From: Eledone cirrhosa
Taxonomy: Eukaryota
DNA length: 64,000 bases
Direction: 5' to 3'
Assembly (NCBI GenBank): GCA_964016885.1
Contig: OZ024742.1
Location: 36,642,001 to 36,706,000 of the forward strand
Both the position numbers and the translations under genes were made by a program. The notes beneath the pieces were generated by a model, which saw only the letters and a list, made by a program, of their open reading frames with translations, did not search any database and had not been told where the DNA came from. The stretch's first letter is position 1. Each line of letters opens with the position of its first letter. Positions 39,672 through 53,289 of this stretch are shown one piece after another.

Positions 39672-39830
39672 TACACCAAGTCCCAACACAAAGGAACCAA
39701 ACTCTTACTGCCACTGCCTCCGTCTCTGCCGCTCTCCCCATCTCTCACTATTATGAACAAATGGGGGCCCACGCGCTGGCTGCCCTGCGGCCCCGGTGGA
39801 CAGAATAGAGAAAGCGTTTCCCCGGAAGAC
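39672..39830 (-). mobile_element. CRE-like LINE 3' end
   Basis: Minus strand RGNAFSILS followed by the same 3' UTR as 7906-8092. Confidence 0.7.
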
Positions 39831-40600
39831 AGGCAGCAAAGAACAATAAAGAAAATAAATGTTAAAAAGTAGATACCAAAAGTGATTAAAAGTTAATAAA
39901 ACCCTGGCCCACGAGTTATTGAAAGCCAATAGAGTTATCTACGTTGTGTCATAGACACAGTATGCTTGAGACAATAGTTTTATCCATAAACTGTATCCAA
40001 CATTAGGACACCCCGTGGGTATTTATTGGTGTCACATAATGTTGCACAAATGATTTAAGAGGTCATAAAATGTACACCATGAAGGTTAGCTAGACATAAA
40101 CATACGTGGATCTATATAACTTCAGGTAGAATTAGGTAATTACTCCTATTTCTATAATTGAATGTTAATCAGGTTTCTTTCTTGTGTACGCCGGACTACT
40201 CGCCTGCCGTCCTTATCCATCCCCAAAGGCCTGTTTTGTTTAATGTTTTACTTTCTCGCCTTCCAGCCTCCTCTTTCTCCGAACTTTGCTCTTTCCTGAT
40301 GAAGGACTAACATCCAGTACGTTGAAACATTTATATATTGTCTTTTCCAGCATGTGTGAAACTAATAACACGTTGTGGTATTGCATCACTGTTTGCCTTG
40401 TTATTCTTGAATGATACACACATTCACACACACACACACAAACACACAAATATATATATGCCATTGAGTACATATACGTGCATTAATGTATATCTATCAG
40501 GTATATGCTGCACCAAGACCCTCTTCCTGCTATATCAAACGTTAACCTAATATATACCTTCCATATACTGTACCGATTGTGTTGTTATTTATGTTTACCT

Positions 40601-40704
<104 letters not shown>

Positions 40705-40751
40705 ATACTTGGGGAGGGTCATATTGTTGTAATAATATTGCCAGAAATAAT

Positions 40752-40815
<64 letters not shown>

Positions 40816-41829
40816 GTGAGGGGTTTTTTACAAAATGAAAAATAACCGGTGTCCTACACGAGTGAAAGTATAAAGAAAAAAAGATGAAATCGAAAATGCA
40901 ACTGGAGTCTTATTTTTAAAATATATATATATATTATACGTGCATTAGTGCATATGTGTTAGGTATATGCTGCACCTATATATATGCACTGAGAAATACA
41001 GAAATATAGTAATTGGAGATATCTAACTGCATAGATTTAGTGCACATGTTGTTCTCTAATTTGTTAAATCATTTCATGACCTTGAACGTTTTGGACCGTA
41101 TACGTCATTTAATTTTGTTTCTACGTCTTGGTAAACTTTTATATTCTATTGATTCTCTCTGTATCTGATTGGGCGATTATTTTGGCGGAATGTTTAAACC
41201 TCGAAGTCAGGTTTTAGGGGAATATGGTTCGGTTCTACTTTCTATGTCTAGTTGTCTAACTGCTTTCTTCCCCGCAAAATGAATACTTTTTAAATTGATG
41301 TCATCGGTGGTTTTATGGTTCCTATGTTGATCATTGAAGGCGGCGAATTGGCAGAGTCGTTCGTCGGACAGAATGTTTTGCAGTATTCGAGTTAAAACCC
41401 CGTCTAGGTCAACTTTGCATCTCATCCATTTGAGGTCGATAAATAGCGCACCAGTCTAGTACTGGGGTCTATTTTTCCTCTATATTTCTTTCGCACTTCT
41501 ATTCTCTCACTCTCTATCCTTCTCTGGAAGAAATCTGCTGCTCTCAGGCCTGGAGAGGAGATGGGCTCCACCAGGTTTTAAAATGTCCAAGAAATGCTGT
41601 GTCAATACGGCGCCTCTACGACTCACTCAGTAGTTACGGGACCATGCATGCTTGTAGTTCATTACTCATAAGTGATTTGTATTAACTGATGTTAATGCTA
41701 TACAGGTTTCCAGTGTAGTAGCTAAATGTAGAACTAAAAGAATTCAAAGGTTCAGCCACACTCAACCACTAACACTGAAATACAAAAAGAATGATATTTC
41801 TAGCTCAAAGGACCAACTTTGTCACATGT

Positions 41830-42202
41830 TGGATCATGTGTCTGCACAATATTTGACCACTTACACTATAATCTGGCAGTGAAGACTTCTGGTGTCCTTG
41901 GTCCTAGAGTCACCTCCCTGCTCACCACTATCGGCCCAGAGCTCGCTATCTGCAGGTTTGAGCATTGCGAGCTAGAATGGCTCTTCCAGCGCGTCTCCCT
42001 CACGATCATTCGGGGAAACGGCTTCTATATTCTGTCCATCGGGGCCGCGGGAGGCCAGCGCGTGGGTCTCCATTTGCTCACAATAGTGAGAGATGCGGAG
42101 AGCGGGAGAGACGAAGGCAGTGACAGTGGGAGTTTGGTTCTTTAGTTTGAAAAGAGGAAAATGGAATTCAGTATTTTCAAATGAGTTTTGGGACTTGATG
42201 TA
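41830..42202 (+). mobile_element. CRE-like LINE 3' end (RLE C-terminus + 3' UTR)
   Basis: LAVKTSGVLGP...ELEWLFQRVSLTIIRGNGFYIL. The UTR ends GGGACTTGATGTATATAT. Confidence 0.75.
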
Positions 42203-42383
42203 TATATGTGTATATAAGAGAGAATGGGTCTAAAAGCAACACACTAGATATAATGCTCTACCGACTGAGATTACTACTACTCTAGTCTAAAGTCAAGAAC
42301 ACAACACACAACCCAGTCAATGAATTAAACCCACAACGTTATGGTCATAAGTCCAACACGCTTACCACTAGGCCACGCGCTTC

Positions 42384-42422
<39 letters not shown>

Positions 42423-42446
42423 TGAATGAAATTCAAAGATCTAGCC

Positions 42447-42765
42447 CAGGGGTGTGAAACATATTCCGTTGGCGGGCCACTTTTGATGATTGGAACAACT
42501 ATTATGGCTATTAATATTTATTAAGCACTATTCCAAAGATTCACCACAACTTCTTTCCATAATATGGAACTGGGAAATGATAACACACATAACCCTATCA
42601 GTGAAGCCCTTTAGTATAGGTCAACTAACGAAAAATTGTATTACGGTTACGAAAAAAATTGTAAATAAGTCTACAAGGTAAAAATTAAAAACGGTCATCG
42701 CGGGCCACCCTGACTGGTCTTGCGGGCAGGATTGTGGCCCGCGGGTCACCTGTTGCACGCCCCTG
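42447..42765. mobile_element. hAT-Charlie-type MITE (319 bp)
   Basis: TIRs CAGGGGTGTGAAAC / GTTGCACGCCCCTG, internal GCGGGCC motifs, and 8-bp TSD ATCTAGCC / GTTTAGCC. Confidence 0.85.
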
Positions 42766-43479
42766 GTTTAGCCATACTCCACTATTTACACTACACTACA
42801 AGATGAACTGTACCTCGAATTCAAAGGTCCAGCCTTGGATTGTGTTGATTCAACTTGTTTAAATTACGTTAAAGATACATGTGCCCGAGGAATACTCAAC
42901 CACTTACACGTTAAATCACGTGTTAGACGTTCAGTTAATTGAACAACTAAAAAGCTCATCGGGAAACCGACGGATATCCATTAACATGGTTGAGTGTGCG
43001 TTTGGAAGTGTGTGCGTGTGTGCGTGGGTGTGTATCTGTGTGTACGTGAATGCATGAATGTGAATGCGTGTATGTGAATGCGAGTATGTGTATGTATCTG
43101 TGTGTCTGTATGTTGCGTGCGTAGGCCAGTGTGTATGAATTAGTATGTGTGTGTGTGAGTGCTTGAATACTGTATGTGTGTATCAGTGTGATTCAGTGTT
43201 TATGGGTTAGCGTGCGTGTATGAGTGAGTGTGTTTACTAACGCACGTCAGTGTGAGCATATATATGTGTGTGTGTATGTGTGTGAATGTATGTGTTAGTG
43301 CGTAGCAAAATGATGTAATACGGATGAGTCAATTTGGCAAGTTAGTGGTGATGGATCTATTAAGGTGAGCTAACGTTTATTTATAGGCCATCGTTCGGAT
43401 AACTGATTTGTTAGTGATTTAAATATATTGTAACTGGATAAAAGGAAGCTTACCTGAGGCTAAACGACATTGACAAAAA

Positions 43480-43599
<120 letters not shown>

Positions 43600-43639
43600 T
43601 ATATATATATATAGTATATATATATATATATATATATAG

Positions 43640-43671
<32 letters not shown>

Positions 43672-43912
43672 GAAGATCCGAATAGGAGCAGGCTCTCCCT
43701 TGATATTATATGTTATATCTGTGTGTATGTCGACCGCCATTCACACGTTGGCTTGCTCAATGAGATAACGGTTACTAATAGCACCACGCTCGAAGCTGTT
43801 CCAAATATAGAACAGACAAATTTATAAATATCACACATGGTTTACATTAACCTCTCTTCAGTTCTGACGTCTGCTCTCTTCCTATTTCACTCTCTCTATA
43901 TATATTTTTCTA

Positions 43913-43975
<63 letters not shown>

Positions 43976-44109
43976 TCTCTCTCTCTCTCCCTCTCTCTCT
44001 CTCCCACTCTCTCTCTCGCTCGCTCTCGCTCTCTCTCTCTCTTTGTATGAATATGTATACACACTTTGATTACCTGTACAGGCAATATTTATTAGAATGC
44101 TGTTGAAGA

Positions 44110-44295
<186 letters not shown>

Positions 44296-44351
44296 ATTCC
44301 TGTCATTAGACAAGACCATGTTATATTATACGCATATTATATTATATTATA

Positions 44352-44857
44352 TTGGCAGTATCGGTAGAGGGTCGGACGCCATGCTTTCCACCATAGTTAC
44401 GTCCCTTTACGATCTGAGTTCAAATCCCGCCGAGGTTGACTTTGCCTTTCATCCTTACGGGGTCGATAAAATAAAGTACCAGTAATGCACTGGGTAATTG
44501 CTGGTCTTGTGCCTAAAGTAGAAACAATTATATTATATTATATTGGCAGTATCGGTAGAGGGTCGGAAACTATGCTTTGACGCATAGAGTTACGGCCCTT
44601 GCCATTCTGAGTTCAAATCGCGCCGAGGTTAAATTTGCCTTTCATGCTTAAGCGGTCGATAAAATAAAGTACCAGTAATACACTGGGATAATTGCTGGCC
44701 TTGTGCCAAAAGTAGAAACAATTATATTATAATTGAGTTCAAATCCCGCCGGGAGTTGATAAAATAAAGTACCAGTAATGTACTGGAGTTGATTTAATCG
44801 ACTTTCCCCTCCCGTTAAAAGAATTGCTGGACTTGTGCCTAAAGTAGAAACAATTAT
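44352..44857 (+). mobile_element. Three tandem SINE family 1 copies separated by ATATT repeats
   Basis: Copies at 44352-44530, 44543-44725 and 44733-44857. Confidence 0.9.
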
Positions 44858-44949
44858 ATTATATTGGCCAACCAACCAACCAGAAATTTATAAATTTATT
44901 ATAATAAATTGAAGTGAAACAACTGGTGCGTGTGTTTCTTATTGGCAAC

Positions 44950-47900
44950 ATGACCCTCCCAAAGTATAACAATATCTGTTTCAACACACGTTTTCAGATA
45001 AAGAATCTTGCTAAACAAATTCAGAAATGAAATATCGTAAGCCTTAGCCAGGTTAACAAGATACTGAAAACCACCATGTTCTGTTGTCTACGAATAACAA
45101 TAACATCTCGACAACTACACTTCATAAAAGAATGTGCCTCGTCCCGAGTTTACACCAACACCATCAACACCGATGTAAGAAGATTACAGCTCACCAAAAA
45201 GCAAGCAGATAGGCTAAAACGAACACTAATTCTAAACATAAAAAAGAAGATTTATAGAGAATTAAGTCATCAAGAAAAACACAAGCGTAACCTAATACAA
45301 GAAATAACTAAGATCACCACACCAAGAGAAACATTAATATTTATAAACCTTATACGTCCTGAAGAAAAGTACATCGTTCAAGAATGTGACAAGCACTTTA
45401 ACAAGAAACTAAAGTGGCTCAAACAGATAAAATTAAATTAAGATACTTTAGAGAATATCAATAGATATCCCGACAAAATTGACGGTATAAATATGGCCGA
45501 CATCTCATTAACAAATGAATTCAACAACAACAACACAAATATATACGGCAACACTACAGTCGACTCTGATGAATTATCAGTATTACAACTAAAACCTAAG
45601 TATGCCACATTTAATAAGGTAAATATGATTAAATGCTTGTCAGAAATAGAAACATCATTTACAAAATTACGTTGGAGCCTCAAAAACAAAAACAGAAGTA
45701 ACAACATACGCACACACATATACAACACACATCCCAACAACAACAGACACACAGACACAAACAACAATAACAACAACACACACATCAACAATAATAACAT
45801 ACTCAGAAACAACAACAACAGACACGCAGACACAAACAACAATAACAACACACACAACAATAATAACATACACGGAAACAACAACAACACACATCAACAA
45901 CAGCACACACACACATTCAATGCCTCTCACCACCACCACAATCTTAACAAACACACAGACACAGAAAACAGGTAATGACAGTAGCACAGAAATAAGGGAA
46001 GGTAATAGGATTGAAAGGAGAAGGGAGACTATGGACAGAGAAAATAATCAGGACGAACACACAGACACACAAAATAGAGTAGATAATAACAATGAGACAG
46101 GAGTAATAATGAGAGACATAGAAACAACCACGAGGCTGTTGGTGGAAATAGAAATAGAAACAACACAACTAACAATAACAATAACATTAGTACACATAAA
46201 GCAGCAGCCTGGAACTCTACTTTTTATAATTCTTCCGATACGTCGTTCGACCTGCGACGAGTCCACGCCACGACTTTAGCTTTTAACAAACGCACGCAAT
46301 TGCCATCGCAGGTCGATGAACAAACAGAAGCACAATTTAGTATAGCTAGATCTAAATTTAGAAATATTATAGAACAGTATAGCAAGAAGCATAATAGAAT
46401 GGAGGCACAGCAACTGGGAGAAAAATCTGCAAATGGCTTGCGTAAGCTTATGCAGCGCTCGCGTAATGGAGAGATAGCATGCTTTCCAACAGACAAGTAT
46501 GGCAGAATGTCGGTTGACACTCTGCCAAACTACATCCAGGCAATGCAACCCACATCACTAACACAAGAGAAGTAACACCACAAGAGCATGAGGATAGGAA
46601 AAAAGCCCTCAATGCCCATATGATGATGTGGACAAATATAATGCAGCCCAACAAAAGGACTGCCAACAACTTCCAGGCCTGGAACAATAACGTGCCAGCG
46701 TTGTATGGGTTTCGAAAAGAACATAAAACGAGCAGTGACCCTGCCACAGGACCACCAACACGGCCAGTCTGTGGAGCTAACATTGCTAGTAACTACAGAC
46801 TTTCATACTTCCTCTCCCTGATCATACGTCCCGTCATTGAAATGTCCCCAGATGTATGTGACAGCACGGAGGACCTCCTCAGCAGAATCGGCGAGGGTAA
46901 CCGATCTAGGGACCTAAGAAACTGCATAATAGGTAGTATGGATGTTGTGTCCCTGTATCCATCTATTGACGTGGATTTTGCTGTGGAGAAATGCGTAGAA
47001 ATGATCAGTGAGAGCAATGTTGAATTCCGTGGGATTGATACCAGTGAGCTGCGACTCCTACTTAAACTTACCTATAGTAATAATTATCTAGATACATATG
47101 GCCTTAGCAACCTGTGCCCTACAAGACCAGCAAGAGGCAGACCACCTACCATTACCTCAATGGCCAAGAAAACCCACACAGATAGATGGAACGGGTGGAC
47201 CAGAGCCATACAGACCCCCGAAAACCACGATGAACTAAAGAAAATGATTGCATATGCGGTAGGGGCCAGCATAAAATTAACCCTTAAGGAACATATGTTC
47301 AAATTTAATGGAAAAACATATGCCCAAGAGGAGGGAGCAGCCATTGGTGTTAGCATTGCAGGCGACATAGCTAACCTATTCATGGTATGGTGGGACAGTA
47401 GACTTAAACTTAAACTTAAAGAACAATTAGAAGACCCCTTAACCCTGATAATGTACTCCCGCTACGTTGATGATATAAACATCGTAGTTAAAACACCCCC
47501 ACTAGAGAACAGTCAGGAGTTAGAGAAAAACAATGGAAAGCATCCAGCAAATAGCTAACTCCATCCACCAGAGTATTAGAATTACTATAGACTACCCAAG
47601 CAAACACTCCAACCATCGATTACCTGTACTAGACACAGAGCTCTGGTTAGATACCATCAATAACAAAAAACAAATCCTCCATTCCCATTATACCAAACCC
47701 ATGACTTCCAAATACCTGATCCACCGAAACTCAGCCGTTTCGGACCATACCAAAATCAACATACTGATTGCGGATTTGGTACGGGTGATGAGAAACGTGT
47801 CCCGCATGTGCAACCCCAAAGAACTAGAGAGACACATACAACACTTCATCCACCGTATGCAGTTCTCTGGTTACAATCAGAGAGATAAAATCAGAGTATA

Positions 47901-48590
47901 AAGAGGAGCCAGAACCAAATGGGAAAAATGGTAAATAACGACACTAATGGGACCTGCCCCTTGTATAGGAGCAAATTTTGGAATAGAATAGAAAGAACTA
48001 GGAATAAGGCTAATAGAATAAACTCATGGTATGATAGCAATAAATACCAGAGTGTAATGTTCATCGATACAACCCCTAGAGGTGAATTAGCTTACAAATT
48101 TAGAAGGGCCTTAGATAAACATAAACTCAATATTAAGATAGTAGAAAGACCAGGTACCTCCATAAAAACACTTATTAGCAATACATACCCTTTTCAAAGA
48201 CCTCCATGTATAGATAAGAAATGTATAATCAGTAAATTAAGACCCCATATTAACTGTAAAACTAGAAATGTAGTATATAGCATAAGATGTACTGAAGGAC
48301 AATGTAGAGATAAAAATATAGTGTATATAGGTGAGACAGCTCGTAGTATAGGGGAACGGATATATGAACACTGGCGAGACCTTCAAGATAGTAAAGAATC
48401 ATCTGTACTCTACCAACATGCTAAAATAGAACATAAGGGTAAATTAGAGAACATAGAAATAAAAATAGAATCTACACACAGAAAAGACGCAATGTTTAGA
48501 CAAATCACAGAGGCAATAAACATAAATGAACTCCAACCAAAATTAAATAGAAAACATGAGTTGAACAGCAACATCCCAACTTACAATTAA
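44950..48590 (+). pseudogene. Penelope ORF: N-terminal region, RT, Cys-rich linker and GIY-YIG endonuclease, broken by frameshifts
   Basis: ATG 44950 (MTLPKYNN) is in frame with ORF 45076 across one TGA that is CGA in the 23010 copy. Motifs: PTDKYGR, LYGFRKEHK, TRPVCGA, SMDVVSLYPSI, GAAIG, RYVDD, LPVLD, HYTKPM, VVYSIRC...VYIGETARSIGERIYEH, RQITEA and LNRKHE. Confidence 0.92.
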
Positions 48591-48791
48591 GGACAAAATG
48601 AAAACACACACGCACATAGAACAAACAACCAACCAGTAACATGTAAATAAACAAATAAATAAACGAAAATAAACACACACAGACACCCGGATGTAACACA
48701 TGCGCAAACTAAGCACACAACACACACACAAAAACAAGATGGCGTAGGACAGAACAAAGGAGAGACACAAAAACAAAGAAAAGAATCCCCA

Positions 48792-48834
48792 GTCACTGAA
48801 GAGGTCATAGAATGTGTGACGAAAGAACTTTGAC
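48792..48834 (+). ncRNA. Minimal type I hammerhead ribozyme in the Penelope 3' UTR/pLTR
   Basis: Stem I GUCA/UGAC, core CUGAAGA with an extra G, stem II GUCAUA/UGUGAC, then GAAA and a rudimentary stem III. Confidence 0.7.
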
Positions 48835-49669
48835 AATATATAAACAACCATCTAGTTGTGGAACCAACCAACCAAACTGAAATTTATAAATTCCAAATTT
48901 TATAAATGTATTATAATAAATTGGAGTGAAAGCAACTGGTGCGTGTGTTTCTTATTGGCCACATGACTCTCCCAGAGTATAACAATTATATAATAATATT
49001 ATATATATATAGATAATATAATATTGTATATAATTGAACTCTCGTTCTGCTGCTGAGAGCATCCGTTTCTACCCTCGTGGAGTATCCGAAACGATTATTA
49101 TCAGCTATAAATCGAATTTACTCCTTGTTCAAGCCCAGTACTCATTTTAAAGTCTGGTACATATTTTATCGTTCTCTAGAAGAAAATGACATGTTATTGA
49201 GGGAGCATGCGCGGTCAACGAAAACTTGAATCCCGGAGAAATACTAGAACATACAAACCAATAGTCTGTGATGGCGGGGAAGTCCACATTCTTTCATTGA
49301 GAGCCTGCAAGCCAAATTGGAGAGAAAGTAGAAAGTATCCTCAAACCGAAGACTTAGTCCGAATGCTTGCTACACGGCTGATTGCTAAAGGCACCAAAGG
49401 ACCAGAGACTTAAGCCAAGAGACGTATTGTAGGCTACAGTCTGATTCGAACTCCGAACGCAAAGATCCTGAATAAATAGCTCAAGACATTTCAGATGTTA
49501 TAACGATTCCTCCAACCCCAGACTTTATTTTATCGACCTCGAAAGGACTCAACAAAAATGAAATGGTTATAAAAGACGGCTGATGATCAAACAATTTCAA
49601 CAACTAGGTTAATCAGCTTACCAATCTGTAGAGTTGATACTATTTTATTTGGGACAATTGGGTGCGTGG

Positions 49670-50265
49670 TTGGGAGAAGAGGGTGCACATTGTATGGTTA
49701 GCTATAAGCGCTAAATATAGAAGCACACATTGTCAGTTTAGCTTAGGGTACTAATTACATAGGTACACATTCTATGATTAACCTAGAGCGTTAAATACCC
49801 AAACAAACATTGTAGAGCTAACTTGGGGCGTCAGATAACCAGACACATGTTGTAGAGCTAGTCAAGGAGGGTGTTAAATACCAAAGCACATACTGCACAG
49901 TTAATCTAGGGCTCTAAATACCCAGTCATGCATTGTAGAGCTAGTTTAGGGCGCTAAATACCCAAACACATATTGTAGAACTTGTCTAGAATATTAAATA
50001 CCCAGAGATACATTGCCTGGCGAACTGAGGGGGTTAGATACACAGGTACACGTTGTAGAGCTAGCCTAGGGTGATAAATACCCAGACACAGCTAGGCTAG
50101 AGCGCTAAATAGTCAGACATATACTGTATAGAGAGTTTAGGGTAGCAAATACTCAGACACAAAATGTAGAGCTAGCCTATGCAAATACTGTAGAGCGAAC
50201 CGAGATAGTTAAATACCCAGGCTCACATAGTAGAGATAGTCTAGGGGGCTAAATAGTCAGGCACC
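49670..50265 (+). repeat. Degenerate ~40-bp tandem array, about 14 units
   Basis: Approximate consensus TTGTAGAGCTAGCCTAGGGCGCTAAATACCCAGACACACA. Confidence 0.85.
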
Positions 50266-50467
50266 AGATCTAACAACTAATTCTGATTGATTTCATTGTG
50301 TCATGAGAGTTTGCAATGTTATCATCAATGACAATATACCCTGACATAAATATTAAAGGTTGTTTCTGTTATCTTTGAGGCACCAATATTTTCAGTGTGT
50401 CGAGTTAGAAGGTCAATATCATTGACCAAGCGATATGTGTATATGTGTGCGTGTTTGTGTATGTATT

Positions 50468-50499
<32 letters not shown>

Positions 50500-50596
50500 C
50501 GTGTATACGTTTATTCGCATATATATATGTGTGTATGTGTGTATGTGTGTGTGTATACGTATATTCGCAATATATATAATGTGTGTGTATGTGTGT

Positions 50597-50681
<85 letters not shown>

Positions 50682-50771
50682 CCTACACACCTACGAAGCC
50701 CCGAGGGAAAGAGATTACTGAGTCATCACCACTCAACACCGCTCACGCCCGCTCATTATAGAAATATATAC

Positions 50772-50839
<68 letters not shown>

Positions 50840-51004
50840 CACAAGCCACTACCACCCCCGTATATGTACGATCTTTTCACGTGCAAAAGCAGACGATATG
50901 TACCTGCTGATAATTAAAGGCTCACGTGTGTCTGGATATAATCTCTAGCTTTCTCTTCATACTTCCTTTACTTCTTTGGGAGTTGCCAACTGTTTTATTA
51001 ACAA

Positions 51005-51044
51005 TCTATCTATCTGTCTGTATGTCTGTATGTCTGTATGTCTG

Positions 51045-51110
<66 letters not shown>

Positions 51111-51118
51111 ATCAATCT
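51005..51118. repeat. (ATCT)n microsatellite upstream of Tx1 copy A
   Basis: Read directly from the sequence. Confidence 0.95.
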
Positions 51119-51346
51119 AGCTGTCGTCTGTTCTACAGCGTAGATGTAATTCACTTCGCGCAGAAGTTTTGTTCAAATTTATTGCGGAAATGTTGTAAGT
51201 TCAATTTTAATTTTGATACTATTGTGTAGCTTGACCCCCCGTCTGAACTGTCAGGCGGTGGGTCAGCTCATCTTTGCCCCTCCTAGGGGTGAAAAACCTG
51301 TTTTTAAAAATTTTGTGGCATAAAAAATTTCAATCGTCTGACAGAA

Positions 51347-53257
51347 ATGTTAAACGAAGCTAACGAAAATAGTGGTGGGGAGACAGTGGTAAGAGTTGTA
51401 AGCTCGCACGCTTTAGTCCCCCCCCCCCTTCCTTCCCAACTAACGTCATAGAGAAGGAAAGAAAAAATAAAATAAAAACAGACGAATCTGCGGAGAAAAA
51501 TGACGAAAACACAAATCTGGACATTGATTCCAACAACGAAAAAAAAAAAATTTGAAAAATTGCATGACAATATTAATACCACAAACAAAGACACGACAAA
51601 CACAAAAATAACATTTGAAAACAACATCATAACAGAAAGCAAAGCAGACGACAAAGTCAACACCAATAATATTTCATTTGCACAAACAACAAAGAAATCT
51701 TTGACATATATACCTGAAAATATTTCAGATGTGGCACAAAGAATTACAGACGCCAAACAATACATAACTGAAGGAGAAAATGGTATTTTATCGGTAAAAA
51801 TGCCTCAAGAACTCACCAAAGACATTGAAAGTCGAACGGTCGTTTTCCGCACCATCAACAACATTTCTAAAAAACCTGAACAGCCAACTCAAACAGAAAT
51901 CAAAGCAGTACTTACAGAAGTACTTAATGAAACCACTTTCATAAGAAAAGACAGACTGTATGGAAGCCTAGCGATTATTATGAAGAACGAATCGGCGGCA
52001 AAAAAATGTGCTTTGTCACCGATTCGTTCGAAAAATTTTACCTTTTATCCATCTTATATGGGTAAAAGAACTCAACGCATATGGCTGGATGCAATGATGC
52101 CAGATGTGGACTACTGCTGGCTTCATCGATCCAGCGAATGACAACGTGATTTCCATTGGGAAAACCACAGGCAATGCGTTCAGTGGAACAGGTATAGAAC
52201 TTGTAGTGCAAATGAAGCTTGAACGCATCGCCCAAATACCCGACAGAATCCTATTAGAGGGCCACGGGTATATAAACATTAGCATGGAGGGGAGAAGGCC
52301 GTCCTGTCATATCTGTGCAGGCAGAGGGCACCTGAAGGCGGCTTGTCCCCAACTCAACAAAAAGAAAACCCTGCTACCAACACCAGCTCCACCACCACCA
52401 CCACCACAACAGATAAACAAACAACAAAACTCAGTCCCACCCAACCCGTCCCTCAGTAAAACTACACCACCACCACAACACAAACAGTCACAACACATTA
52501 CCCCAAAACAAAATACAGGCCCACCCAACCCCTCACTCAATAAAACAACACAACCACCGCAGCCACAACACACAACACAGTCTAACATAGTGACATCCAT
52601 TTCCTCCACAAAGAAAACCAACACGGAAACATTACCAGCAAACATACCTCTTCCCTCCAACACTGAAGATAACCCAACGAATTCGGAGGAAGAAACGGAG
52701 TCCTTCAGACAGATTAAAAGAAAAAAAAGAAAACATGTGCAAAACACACAAGGCCAAACAACCCCCACCCAAATGTCAACACAATCCAACAAAACACAAA
52801 ACACCCCTCCAGCAACAAACAAAACCAAACCTGCCCCTCCCCTCTTCGAAACACTCACACCATCCGAAAAAAAGACATTACACTATACTTACATCAACAG
52901 AAACAATAATAAATTAAATGAACTCATAAATAATAATCCTTCGGTACAAACCGAAGGTGTAAACTTTGTTTCTTCAGAAAACTACCCACATTTAAAATTA
53001 ATAAAGATCCCAATGAACCTCTACCAAAAACTAAAAAAGGATTTTAAGGAGGACGTAAGACCACCCTCTGTCAAACCCATAAACCGCGTCCTACTAAAAA
53101 GCTTTCCCCCTCCCCTTCCCCATCCCCAACACAACTCCAAACACCCCAACCCCACCACACACTGACGACCCCACACCACCACAAGACACCCCTTCACCCA
53201 ACACCCCCGACCTCATGGAAGTCGTGCGACCCGAACCCCGGGAAGCAGAAAGGTAGG
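51347..53257 (+). pseudogene. ORF1 (gag-like, CCHC zinc knuckle, Pro/Thr-rich tail), frameshifted
   Basis: Starts MLNEANENSGGE (homologous to MNAASNDNGGGE in copy B). Spans ORFs 51500..52141 and 52104..53165. CHICAGRGHLKAAC fits CX2CX4HX4C. Confidence 0.88.
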
Positions 53258-53289
53258 TCTCTACACTCTCCTTTGGCTCTGCCGCCCAC

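Larger units (their letters stand above)
44868..48985 (+). mobile_element. Near full-length Penelope-like retroelement (Neptune/Nematis-like) with direct pseudo-LTRs
   Basis: Direct repeats 44868-44972 and 48863-48985 (AACCAACCAACC...CAACTGGTGCGTGTGTTTCTTATTGG...ATGAC.CTCCCA.AGTATAACAAT), RT + GIY-YIG ORF, and a TA-rich 3' flank. Confidence 0.95.

Noticed and set aside
49670-50265. CRISPR-like regular repeats
   Set aside because: Units are contiguous and degenerate along their whole length, with no unique spacers, no cas genes and a eukaryotic context.
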